Source: Candidatus Goldiibacteriota bacterium HGW-Goldbacteria-1 (GTDB lineage: Bacteria; Oederibacteriota; PGYV01). Taken from it: DNA of 64,000 bases. This document shows positions 1-8,205 of the stretch, piece after piece. The notes beneath the pieces are model-generated. The model did not search any database. It worked only from the letters and a program-made list of their open reading frames with translations, and was not told where the DNA came from. Position numbers and translations under genes: made by a program. The DNA is taken from contig PGYV01000006.1 of NCBI GenBank assembly GCA_002839855.1, positions 16,367-80,366 on the forward strand, given 5' to 3'. Numbering within the stretch: the stretch's first letter is position 1; every line of letters begins with the position of its first letter.

Positions 1-921
1 GCAGGTTCTGTTGAAAGCGCGGTTAAACCCGGTGATGTTCCGGCTGTCGCGTGGCATGACGATATAGCCGGCCAGCAGGACGTGTACTATCTTTATCATA
101 TCTGCGGCTATGTAACGCCGACGCATACCCCTACTGTAACAATGACCGTTACCGTTACAAATACGGTCACCTGTACAGCCACAATAACATTAACACAACA
201 GATTACCCCGACAGCAACGTGCACTGTAACCGCCACTATTACGCCCGCGCCTGTTGATTTGAAACCCGTAAAAAAAGCTATTGGTGAAAATCCGCGTATT
301 GGTTCGGAAATCACATATGAAATTACCCTTGAAAACGATTCGGATTTTATTATCTATAATCCTGCTTTGTGGGACACGCTTCCGAATGAAATATATTACG
401 CTTCACGCATATCCGGTCCGGAGCCTGACACAGTATATAGTTCGGGAAATTATTATTACTGGAGCCTGCCCGATACCGCTTTAAATCCGGGCAGTTCAAT
501 TACCATAAGGTTCAGTACCAGGATAGCATCAATAAGGCCGGATGGAATAATAACGAATACTGTATATGCCGATTACATGGACCAGCATTATAATACCGAG
601 AATCACAGGCATCCGCCTGTATGCTCTGATATTTCTTATTTTCCGCAGGGAATCGCGGCAGTATACCCGAATCCGTTTAACCCCGCCACAGCTGTCGGCG
701 GTAATATGAAATTCATTAACCTTGTCCCTGATTCAAGGGTGGAAATATATAATATTTCCGGAGAACACATAATAAGTATGCATTCGCCGGGCGTTGTGGT
801 TTTTTGGAACGGGACAAACAGGGCGGGACAAAAAGTATCGCCCGGTGTTTATTATTATGTTATAATTAATTTAATTACCCGGGAAAAAATAAAGGGTAAA
901 TTTTTTGTTGTATCAAAATAA
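1..921 (+). CDS. C-terminal part of a secreted DUF11-repeat protein with a T-X linker and a canonical T9SS/FlgD-Ig-like C-terminal domain (5' partial)
   Basis: The open frame continues upstream of position 1. A TPTVTMTVTVTNTVT linker is present. A DUF11-like segment reads ITYEITLENDSDF..YNPALWDTLP. The C-terminus reads VYPNPFNP...VEIYNISGE...WNGTNRAGQKVSPGVYYYVI, which fits the Por-secretion-tail/FlgD-Ig consensus. Confidence 0.7.
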   Translation, partial: AGSVESAVKPGDVPAVAWHDDIAGQQDVYYLYHICGYVTPTHTPTVTMTVTVTNTVTCTATITLTQQITPTATCTVTATITPAPVDLKPVKKAIGENPRIGSEITYEITLENDSDFIIYNPALWDTLPNEIYYASRISGPEPDTVYSSGNYYYWSLPDTALNPGSSITIRFSTRIASIRPDGIITNTVYADYMDQHYNTENHRHPPVCSDISYFPQGIAAVYPNPFNPATAVGGNMKFINLVPDSRVEIYNISGEHIISMHSPGVVVFWNGTNRAGQKVSPGVYYYVIINLITREKIKGKFFVVSK

Positions 922-935
922 CGGAGGTAATATTA

Positions 936-1484
936 ATGAAAAAAATTCTTTTAGTTTCTGTCCTTGTAGCGGTTTTATGCGCGCCTGTATTAAGCGATGA
1001 GCTTTCTGCGGATACTAACGCCAATTCAAACGTTACCACAACAACTGTTTATGATATTTTTATGCACGAGGACATTGCCACAAACGTACTTATGGGATGG
1101 GGCGGACTGTCGCTTGGCACAGGTTTGGTAATGTTTTCGAACGGAAATGAATTTGTAAAAGGTTACGGGCTTACAAACCTGATATGGGGCGCGGTTGATA
1201 CGGCGCTTGGCATATGGGCAAAGCAGAGCATTGATTTTAGAAAGGCAAATATTACCCCGGAAAAAGAACTGCAGGAATTTAAAGATAATATCTGGCTGAA
1301 TATGATAATAGACGGCGCCTGTATTCTGGCGGGAACCGGAATGCTGGTATGGGGAAATGAAAGCGTAAAAGGGTATGGAGCGGGAGTTTTGACACAGGGT
1401 ATATTTTTAATTACCTTTGACGGCGTGAATTTCATGATGGCAGAGAACCTTTCGAAAAGATATCCGGATACAACCGCAAACTGA
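936..1484 (+). CDS. small secreted/membrane hypothetical protein with an internally duplicated Gly-rich hydrophobic segment
   Basis: RBS GGAGG lies 8 nt upstream. A signal peptide MKKILLVSVLVAVLCAPVLS is present. Two related halves occur: GWGGLSLGTGLVMFSNGNEFVKGYG and GTGMLVWGNESVKGYG. Confidence 0.5.
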   Translation: MKKILLVSVLVAVLCAPVLSDELSADTNANSNVTTTTVYDIFMHEDIATNVLMGWGGLSLGTGLVMFSNGNEFVKGYGLTNLIWGAVDTALGIWAKQSIDFRKANITPEKELQEFKDNIWLNMIIDGACILAGTGMLVWGNESVKGYGAGVLTQGIFLITFDGVNFMMAENLSKRYPDTTAN

Positions 1485-1752
1485 TTGAATTTAATAGGGC
1501 AGGGTTAAAACTTTGTTTACAGACTTGTGTATATTAAGCTGAGTAACAAAGAAAATAAATGCTATAAGCAGGTTTGACCCATATTAATCCTGCTTTCCAG
1601 GGATGCAGGAAAGAATAATACTGAAAACTCAGAACTGTTGAATGAAATACGCAACAGTAACATAGGGTGGATAATTTTAAAAGTAATGAATGGAACAAAA
1701 GAGGATAAAAAAGCAAAGCAGGAAGTGAATTAAATAATGAACTTATACAGGT

Positions 1753-3321
1753 ATGAGAAAAAATGAAAAATTAATAAGTGATAAAGGTTTGATCCCCGGC
1801 CCGCATAATCAACAAAACAAACGAAAGAGGAGTTCGCTGACTTTGAAAATAAAATTTTTAAACTTCATAATACCTGTTTTCTTATGTGTTCTTGCCTTTT
1901 CAATCGTTCTGCCGAACGCAGATAAATCAATTTGGTATGATGAAGCCTGTACTGTTGATTTTTCAAGGCTTGTTCCGTCCGGACTGACAGAAATGCTTTC
2001 ATCCGGCAATAATCTTCCGGCTTACTATTATTTTATGAGTGCATGGACCTTTGTTTTCGGAATTAGCGAGACAGCACTCCGGTTACCCGGGATATTCTTT
2101 TATATAATTTCAACTGTTCTTGTTTTTTTATTCGGGAAAAACCTTTTCAAAAACACCGGTTTTGCTTTCGTTTCAGCGCTTATATATCTTCTTTTGGAAA
2201 TAAACACAACAAACGCAGTCAGTGCCAGACCCTACGGAATGCTGGCATTGCTAAGCTTACTTTCGTTAATGCTATTTCATAAACTTTTTATCGAAAAAGA
2301 ATACAGTCTTGTCTCAGGCATATCTTTTGTGGCTGTAAATATTGCAGGTAGTTTTACCCACATTTGGTTTTTCTTTTCTGTGTTGCCGCAAATTATTTTT
2401 TATCTGAAAAGCAACAAAATCACAGGTAAACGTTTTCTTGTTCTGTTTTTGAGCTCTTTCACTCCTTTTATTTTATTATGGAGCCCTATATTGCTGGCTC
2501 AAATGCAAAACGCCAGCAATGATTGGATGTTATTTCGTGGAGACGATCTGAGAGTGACAATTCAGTATTTCACAGCCGGAAAATTAAATACTATCTTCAT
2601 GTTTTTTTTGATACCTGTACTTGCAGGAGTTTTAGTTTCAAGACTGAAAAAAGATACTGCCAAAATTAATTACTTTTCCGAAAATGCTTCTTTTCTTTTT
2701 ATTGTTATCACTTTCAGTCTGCTTACCCCATACCTGATTTCATATTTCAGGCCGATATATGTCGTTGACCGCGGCCCTATTATTGCCGCAGCTCCATTTG
2801 CCCTGCTTCTTGGTTATCTTGGAAGTATTTCATATAAACCTTTTTTTTATCCGGCCGCAGCCTACTTTTCGATTTTTTTGTATATTACGCTGTATTCATC
2901 GCGCGCTGTTTATTTCGATACCGACAAAATAATAACAAAGGTAATAATTTCAAACTCCCGCAACGTTCGGCAAATAGTTTTATTTAACGAATCACAAAGA
3001 CAGGTAAAATACTATTTTAACAGGCTGCACTTTAATGGAGAGGTTTCGTTCTCAGATATACCCCTTATACTGTCTTATTCAAATATCTCCGAGTGGCGGA
3101 AACTTCCTGACAATATCCAAAATAAACTTCTTAGTGAATATACAAACAGTTTGAACAGAGATGGAAATCTGCTTTTTGTTTTCAATGATGCTGATGTTGA
3201 AAAAGAAAACTTTGCTCCGATATTTGAAAGCCTGAGAAAAAGCCGCAACATTCTCAGCATCAAGGAAATGAAAAGTTTAAGTTTAATACTTATAAACTTC
3301 GGGCCGCCGGTTAAATACTAA
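1753..3321 (+). CDS. polytopic membrane protein, GT-C (ArnT/PMT_2-like) glycosyltransferase family candidate
   Basis: The 522-aa protein has at least 10 hydrophobic helices. A WYDEA motif sits in the first loop, matching the DE motif of GT-C fold glycosyltransferases. Confidence 0.45.
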   Translation: MRKNEKLISDKGLIPGPHNQQNKRKRSSLTLKIKFLNFIIPVFLCVLAFSIVLPNADKSIWYDEACTVDFSRLVPSGLTEMLSSGNNLPAYYYFMSAWTFVFGISETALRLPGIFFYIISTVLVFLFGKNLFKNTGFAFVSALIYLLLEINTTNAVSARPYGMLALLSLLSLMLFHKLFIEKEYSLVSGISFVAVNIAGSFTHIWFFFSVLPQIIFYLKSNKITGKRFLVLFLSSFTPFILLWSPILLAQMQNASNDWMLFRGDDLRVTIQYFTAGKLNTIFMFFLIPVLAGVLVSRLKKDTAKINYFSENASFLFIVITFSLLTPYLISYFRPIYVVDRGPIIAAAPFALLLGYLGSISYKPFFYPAAAYFSIFLYITLYSSRAVYFDTDKIITKVIISNSRNVRQIVLFNESQRQVKYYFNRLHFNGEVSFSDIPLILSYSNISEWRKLPDNIQNKLLSEYTNSLNRDGNLLFVFNDADVEKENFAPIFESLRKSRNILSIKEMKSLSLILINFGPPVKY

Positions 3322-3778
3322 TGTCCGCCTTTACTGTCTTTGCATTAACTTGGTTATGCTGTCAAAACCCGCTTACAGACTTTAGTATAATAGGAATAAG
3401 ATGAGCGGTAAAGAAAATTAACGCTGTAAACAGGGTTTGGCCGGATATTATAATTTTTTATAACCTTTGACGGCGTTTATTTCATGATGGCAGAGAACCT
3501 TTCAAAAAGGTATCCGGATACCGCTACAAACTGATTAGATATATTATGTAACCGGTTAATTGACCGGTAAAATAACCGTAAATGATTAGACACATTAACT
3601 TATACTGGAATAGTATCCTTTGACGTAGTCATGGCTTACTGTCCCTGTAAAATCCTTTGTTTTCGTGGGGGATTGCTTAATTTTACATAACGCAATAAAC
3701 ACCTTCTATTAAAATAATGCATTTATACAAACCTACAAATTCCAGAATATAAAATCTAACAATCCCAACATACAAATG

Positions 3779-3811
3779 TCCCTAAAGGCACAAATAGTGC
3801 CTTTAGGGACA
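3779..3811 (+). other. perfect 14-bp-stem hairpin in a ~590-bp AT-rich non-coding region
   Basis: GTCCCTAAAGGCAC-AAATA-GTGCCTTTAGGGAC lies about 100 nt upstream of CDS 3914. Confidence 0.6.
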
Positions 3812-3913
3812 TTTATTCAAAATAAATATTACATAATACCTATGTTTTGACAGTTTTTTGGAAGGAATGAATCTTGCTTATTGTTATATGTAAATTGCCA
3901 GGAGGTGAAAGTT

Positions 3914-4291
3914 ATGGAACCGGACTTCAATTTAGAGCTTGAACAGATGATAGCCAACAAGCACAGAGTTCATGTAAGTGAAGAGGTTCGCTATAAAATC
4001 CTGGACAGGGAAGATGAAGAGTTTCAGGGCCTTTATATGGAAGCAAGGACAATTTCAATAAGCAAGAAAGGGTTAATTCTTCTTATGAAACACAGGGTAA
4101 AACCCGAAGATGCAATGATTGTTGAACTGATACTTGGTGCGGAAAAACGTAAAATTAAGACCTGCTGTGAGTCAATTGGCTGCAGAAAGGAAAGTTTTAA
4201 CAAAGGATATGAAGTGGAAGTGCAGTTTTTGATCTTAAAAGATGAAGACAAAGAATACATTGAACATTATATGAAACAAAACAGCGCCTGA
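3914..4291 (+). CDS. small cytoplasmic protein, possible PilZ-like domain
   Basis: RBS GGAGGTG precedes the ATG. KHRVHV and ISISKKGLIL segments weakly resemble the PilZ RxxxR / DxSxxG motifs. Confidence 0.3.
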   Translation: MEPDFNLELEQMIANKHRVHVSEEVRYKILDREDEEFQGLYMEARTISISKKGLILLMKHRVKPEDAMIVELILGAEKRKIKTCCESIGCRKESFNKGYEVEVQFLILKDEDKEYIEHYMKQNSA

Positions 4292-4359
4292 CTTCTGTGG
4301 ATTATCACAAGTAATTAATAGTGCATGTGATAATCTGCAGAAATGCAAAAGCTCTTTTC

Positions 4360-4415
4360 GCGTCCCTGCCTAATTCACCGCCCCCCCCGAAAAAGGCAGG
4401 GACGCGCTTTTTAAT
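4360..4415 (+). terminator. rho-independent terminator downstream of CDS 3914..4291
   Basis: A 12-bp stem GCGTCCCTGCCT / AGGCAGGGACGC is followed by a TTTTT run. Confidence 0.6.
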
Positions 4416-4482
4416 TATGCTTTTAAATCATAATCTTGCGCCGCCGCCGCTATTGTTGTATAATAAATTTAAAGAGGTGGCT

Positions 4483-5040
4483 ATGGCTTTTAAATGTCCG
4501 CGTTGTAATCAGGTAAACAAAGATGGAAGCGATACGTGCTGGAGCTGCCATACCATATTTGCCACCGGCGAAAAAAAACCGCTTGATATGAAAGTTAAAA
4601 AGTCAATTTTCTCAACGTTAAAAAGGGAAAAGGTTGATTTTAAAGTGGTTTCATCTGATTTTCCCGGGACAATTGCATTATATTTTTCAGCCCCTCCCAA
4701 AGAACGTTATATTCTTGCAAGGCTTACCGTATTTTTTCTTGTACTAAACCTTTTTAATAACATTATTTTTTATTATTTTAAAGGCGTTACACAGGCACAG
4801 GAAAATGCGGGCAGCATAACGACTTTTCTGGTAGTTTTTATAGCTATATACAGCGCTGTTATCTGTATAGCGCGGCTTAAAGCTGACACGGATTTTCCCG
4901 GAAAAACAGCTTACTTTTTTTACCTGTTTTTTATTCCTATTTTCGCTTTTGGTTATATTGTCCCGTCTTATTACCCGAATTTCAGGTTATTTCTGGAAGG
5001 TGCGCTGCTTATATGGAATGCGGTTCTGTTAAGGCCATAG
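4483..5040 (+). CDS. zinc-ribbon membrane protein (hypothetical)
   Basis: RBS AGAGGTGG precedes the start. An N-terminal CPRC...CWSC zinc ribbon is followed by 3-4 hydrophobic helices. The ORF-track start at 4321 lies inside the upstream terminator and is unlikely to be the true start. Confidence 0.5.
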   Translation: MAFKCPRCNQVNKDGSDTCWSCHTIFATGEKKPLDMKVKKSIFSTLKREKVDFKVVSSDFPGTIALYFSAPPKERYILARLTVFFLVLNLFNNIIFYYFKGVTQAQENAGSITTFLVVFIAIYSAVICIARLKADTDFPGKTAYFFYLFFIPIFAFGYIVPSYYPNFRLFLEGALLIWNAVLLRP

Positions 5041-5049
5041 TTTTATAAG

Positions 5050-5078
5050 TTGACATAACCGCTTTTTTTTTATATATT
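5050..5078 (+). promoter_or_regulatory. sigma70-like promoter for the LacI-family gene
   Basis: TTGACA, a 17-nt spacer, then TATATT, about 30 nt upstream of the ATG at 5111. Confidence 0.4.
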
Positions 5079-5110
5079 TGTTTTAACGTTAAAATTAAAG
5101 GAGCCATAAA

Positions 5111-6103
5111 ATGAGCATTACAATAAAAGATGTTGCCAAAAAAGTCGGGGTTACCGCAACCACGGTATCAATGGTAATCCGCAACGACCCAAGGATAAGC
5201 GATAAAACCAAAGAGAAAGTTTTAAAGGCTGTAAAAGAGATGAATTATTATCCCAATCAGATTGGGCGAAGCCTTGTTAAAGGCAAGACAAATGTAATAG
5301 CCGTTGCGTCATCAATGTTTTATGGCCCTTTTAAAATAGATATCTTTAACGGGATAGACACCGGTGTCGTTGAAACGGATTATACCACACTGCATTTTTC
5401 AGCGCGCGCGGATCAGGAAGCTGAATTGTTAAAGGAAATTGTTTATGGAAGGCGTGCAGACGGCGTAATTGCAATTAACATGAGGACAGAAAAAGAAACA
5501 CTGCAGGCATACAATGATACCGGCCTGCCGATAGTATTTGTTGAAGAGACATTTGACGGTTTTGCCGGAGTTAAAGGCGACAGTTTTAAAGGCGCGTATA
5601 AAGCAACGGAGCGCTTTATTAAAACAGGAAAGAAAAACATAGGTTTAATCAGCGCCGTGTACACTCATCTTTCATGCGTGACCGACAGGGAGAAAGGTTT
5701 TATGCAGGCGCTGGCTGATAACGGGCTTAAATATGATGAAAGCAAGACACTGCGCAGTGCCGCTTATAATTTTCAGGAAGGGCAGGATTTGATGGACAAA
5801 ATTATAAATGATAAAATGCAGGTGGATGCGGTATTTTGCAGCGCCGGAGACCTTGTCGCAATGGGGATGATAAAAAGGGCCAAAGAAAAAGGCGTTAAAA
5901 TTCCCGATGATATTGCAATTATAGGATACGACGGGCTTGATACGGGCTCTCTTGTAACACCTTCGCTTACCACTTTAAAGCAGCCGGTTGTGGATATGGG
6001 GCGCGCTGCTTTTGATATGTTAAAGAAACTTATGGAAGAAAAGAATGTCAAAAAAGAAATAAAGGTATTTGAACCTGAACTGATTATCAGGGAAAGCGCT
6101 TAA
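5111..6103 (+). CDS. LacI-family transcriptional regulator
   Basis: The N-terminal HTH reads IKDVAKKVGVTATTVSMVIRN. A periplasmic-binding-protein-like effector domain follows. Confidence 0.9.
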   Translation: MSITIKDVAKKVGVTATTVSMVIRNDPRISDKTKEKVLKAVKEMNYYPNQIGRSLVKGKTNVIAVASSMFYGPFKIDIFNGIDTGVVETDYTTLHFSARADQEAELLKEIVYGRRADGVIAINMRTEKETLQAYNDTGLPIVFVEETFDGFAGVKGDSFKGAYKATERFIKTGKKNIGLISAVYTHLSCVTDREKGFMQALADNGLKYDESKTLRSAAYNFQEGQDLMDKIINDKMQVDAVFCSAGDLVAMGMIKRAKEKGVKIPDDIAIIGYDGLDTGSLVTPSLTTLKQPVVDMGRAAFDMLKKLMEEKNVKKEIKVFEPELIIRESA

Positions 6104-6130
6104 ACAAAAACACAAACACGGAGACTGAAA

Positions 6131-8191
6131 ATGGCTAAAAAGCACCTGATTGTTTTAACGTTAATTCTTATGGCTGCGTTTATTTACGCTTCGCCTGTTT
6201 CTGAAAACGGGCAGCTTAAAGTAAACGGGCTTCAGCTTGTTAATCAATGCGACACGCCGGTGCAGCTGCGCGGCGTTTCCACGCATGGTATAGGGTGGTT
6301 TGACGGCTGTTATACTCAGGCTGCGGTTCAGTACGCGGCAAATACAATGAATTCGGATTTGTTCAGGATTGCAATGTATGTAAAAGCTTCGGAAAGCGGC
6401 TATCTTCAGGACCCGGCGTATTGGACATCGCGCGTTAACCAGATGGTGGACTGGATAGGCGCGGCGGGAATGTACGCTTTAATTGACTGGCATATATTAA
6501 ATGATGACCCGAATAATTTTATAGAAGACGCAAGGATATTCTGGACTGCAATGGCAACAGAACACAAGGATAAAAACTTTGTGATATACGAATTATGCAA
6601 TGAACCTAACGGCGTGACCTGGGCTCAGATAAAAGCTTACGCCGAAGATATTATTCCGCGTATAAGGGCCATTGACCCGGACGCGGTTATTGTAGTCGGT
6701 ACGCCCAACTATTCGCAGCTGGGCGCCGATGTTGTAAATGACCAGATACTTGAACCCAATATAATGTACGCGTTTCACTTTTACGCGGGTACACATTCCA
6801 CGTCCATGCTTATACCATATATAAACCAGATTCCGATATTTGTATCCGAATGGGGCGCAAGCAATGCTTCCGGCGACGGCGGCGACAATTATCCGCGCGC
6901 GCAGCAGTTTATGGATATAATGTCCGGCGTTGACACGATAAACAATCCGCAGGGCATAAAACTAAGCTGGGCTTCATGGTCGTATTCCGACGACAGGGAC
7001 TGGGCAACTGACCAGCACTTAAAATCCACGTCGCATCTTACTTTAAATTCCTGCAGCACAACCGGCTGGACAATAGCAAATTTAAGCACGGCAGGGCAGT
7101 TTGTTGCCGCTAATATTACCAATCCTGCAAGAAATTTTATCTGCTGGACTGCAACTGAAACTCCTGTCGGCGACCCGCATACGCCGACAGTTACAAGGAC
7201 TGTAACGCCCACAAGAACAATAACTTCGACGCCTGTCCCTGATTTAATTTATAACGGCGATATCGCGGGTTATACACTTGCGGACGGCAGCGTCAACAAC
7301 GCGGCAATGTTTTCTGAACCGGCGGCGGGGAACACGGGCAATGCGATGCAGATTGCTTACACTGCGGGAGGATGGCAGGAAGCCCGGTGGATGACAACTG
7401 CAAGGCCCAGAAATGACAGGACATATATAAGTATTGATGTAAGGGCGACGGCAGGCACGATAAGCCAGCTGCTTTTTATACCTGATTGGAACACATGGAC
7501 AAACCGCGCAACAGATAATGATTTTAACGTTGCCGCATACGTGCCTGGCGGTGTGATAACAACAACATGGAAGACCGCGTATATCCCGCTTTCAAAAGTT
7601 TATAACCCGTATCCGACAACCCTTGGGACAATGAGGTTTATCTCTAACAGCGCCATATATACAGTTCAGATTGATAATATAAAGTTCTTTGACGCGTCAG
7701 TATGGACGCCCACAGTCACAAGGACAAGGACACCCACAAGGACAGCTACAAGGACAAGGACGCCCGCGGCAACAATGACTGCAACCCCCACTGTTACAAT
7801 GACTCCGCAGGCGACTTATACGCCCACGTTGACGGCTACTGTTTATGTGGAACCTACGGTTACGCCCACTATTTCCGCCAATATAAGGATAACAATAGGC
7901 GATCATTTTCCTTATCCCAACCCTTCAAACGGAAGAAGCGTTAATATACGTTACCAGATAAAGACCGGTTTCGCGAAAAATGTTAAAATACATATATATA
8001 CGCTTGGCGACAGAAAAATAGATATGATAAAGGATTCTGACAGCGCGCCCGGTTTTCACGATGTGCTGTGGCGACCCAAACAGCAGCTTTCCAACGGAAT
8101 GTACTATTATATAATGGAGGCTGACAACGGGCGGACAGGGGACAGATTAAAACGCGATGTGGTTCAGGGTGCGATTGTAGTGCTTAAATAA
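6131..8191 (+). CDS. secreted GH5 endoglucanase (cellulase) with an unclassified CBM-like domain, T-X linkers and a conserved C-terminal sorting domain
   Basis: A signal peptide is present. GH5_2 hallmarks are VIYELCNEPNG (acid/base), FHFYAGTHS and FVSEWG (nucleophile). The CBM-like domain lies at about 7244-7700. The C-terminal domain YPNPSNG..YYYIMEADNG..VVLK lies at 7880-8188. Confidence 0.9.
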   Translation: MAKKHLIVLTLILMAAFIYASPVSENGQLKVNGLQLVNQCDTPVQLRGVSTHGIGWFDGCYTQAAVQYAANTMNSDLFRIAMYVKASESGYLQDPAYWTSRVNQMVDWIGAAGMYALIDWHILNDDPNNFIEDARIFWTAMATEHKDKNFVIYELCNEPNGVTWAQIKAYAEDIIPRIRAIDPDAVIVVGTPNYSQLGADVVNDQILEPNIMYAFHFYAGTHSTSMLIPYINQIPIFVSEWGASNASGDGGDNYPRAQQFMDIMSGVDTINNPQGIKLSWASWSYSDDRDWATDQHLKSTSHLTLNSCSTTGWTIANLSTAGQFVAANITNPARNFICWTATETPVGDPHTPTVTRTVTPTRTITSTPVPDLIYNGDIAGYTLADGSVNNAAMFSEPAAGNTGNAMQIAYTAGGWQEARWMTTARPRNDRTYISIDVRATAGTISQLLFIPDWNTWTNRATDNDFNVAAYVPGGVITTTWKTAYIPLSKVYNPYPTTLGTMRFISNSAIYTVQIDNIKFFDASVWTPTVTRTRTPTRTATRTRTPAATMTATPTVTMTPQATYTPTLTATVYVEPTVTPTISANIRITIGDHFPYPNPSNGRSVNIRYQIKTGFAKNVKIHIYTLGDRKIDMIKDSDSAPGFHDVLWRPKQQLSNGMYYYIMEADNGRTGDRLKRDVVQGAIVVLK

Positions 8192-8205
8192 CGGCAGGAG
8201 ATAAA

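Noticed and set aside
4321-4482. Upstream extension of the zinc-ribbon membrane protein ORF (start 4321)
   Set aside because: The extension reads through the terminator hairpin of the preceding gene and a poly-C/poly-Pro tract. An ATG at 4483 with RBS AGAGGTGG and an immediate CPRC zinc ribbon is a far better start
7697-7944. Overlapping 80-aa (+) and 69-aa (-) ORFs inside the GH5 gene linker
   Set aside because: Alternate frames of TVTRTRTPTRT linker DNA. No independent support
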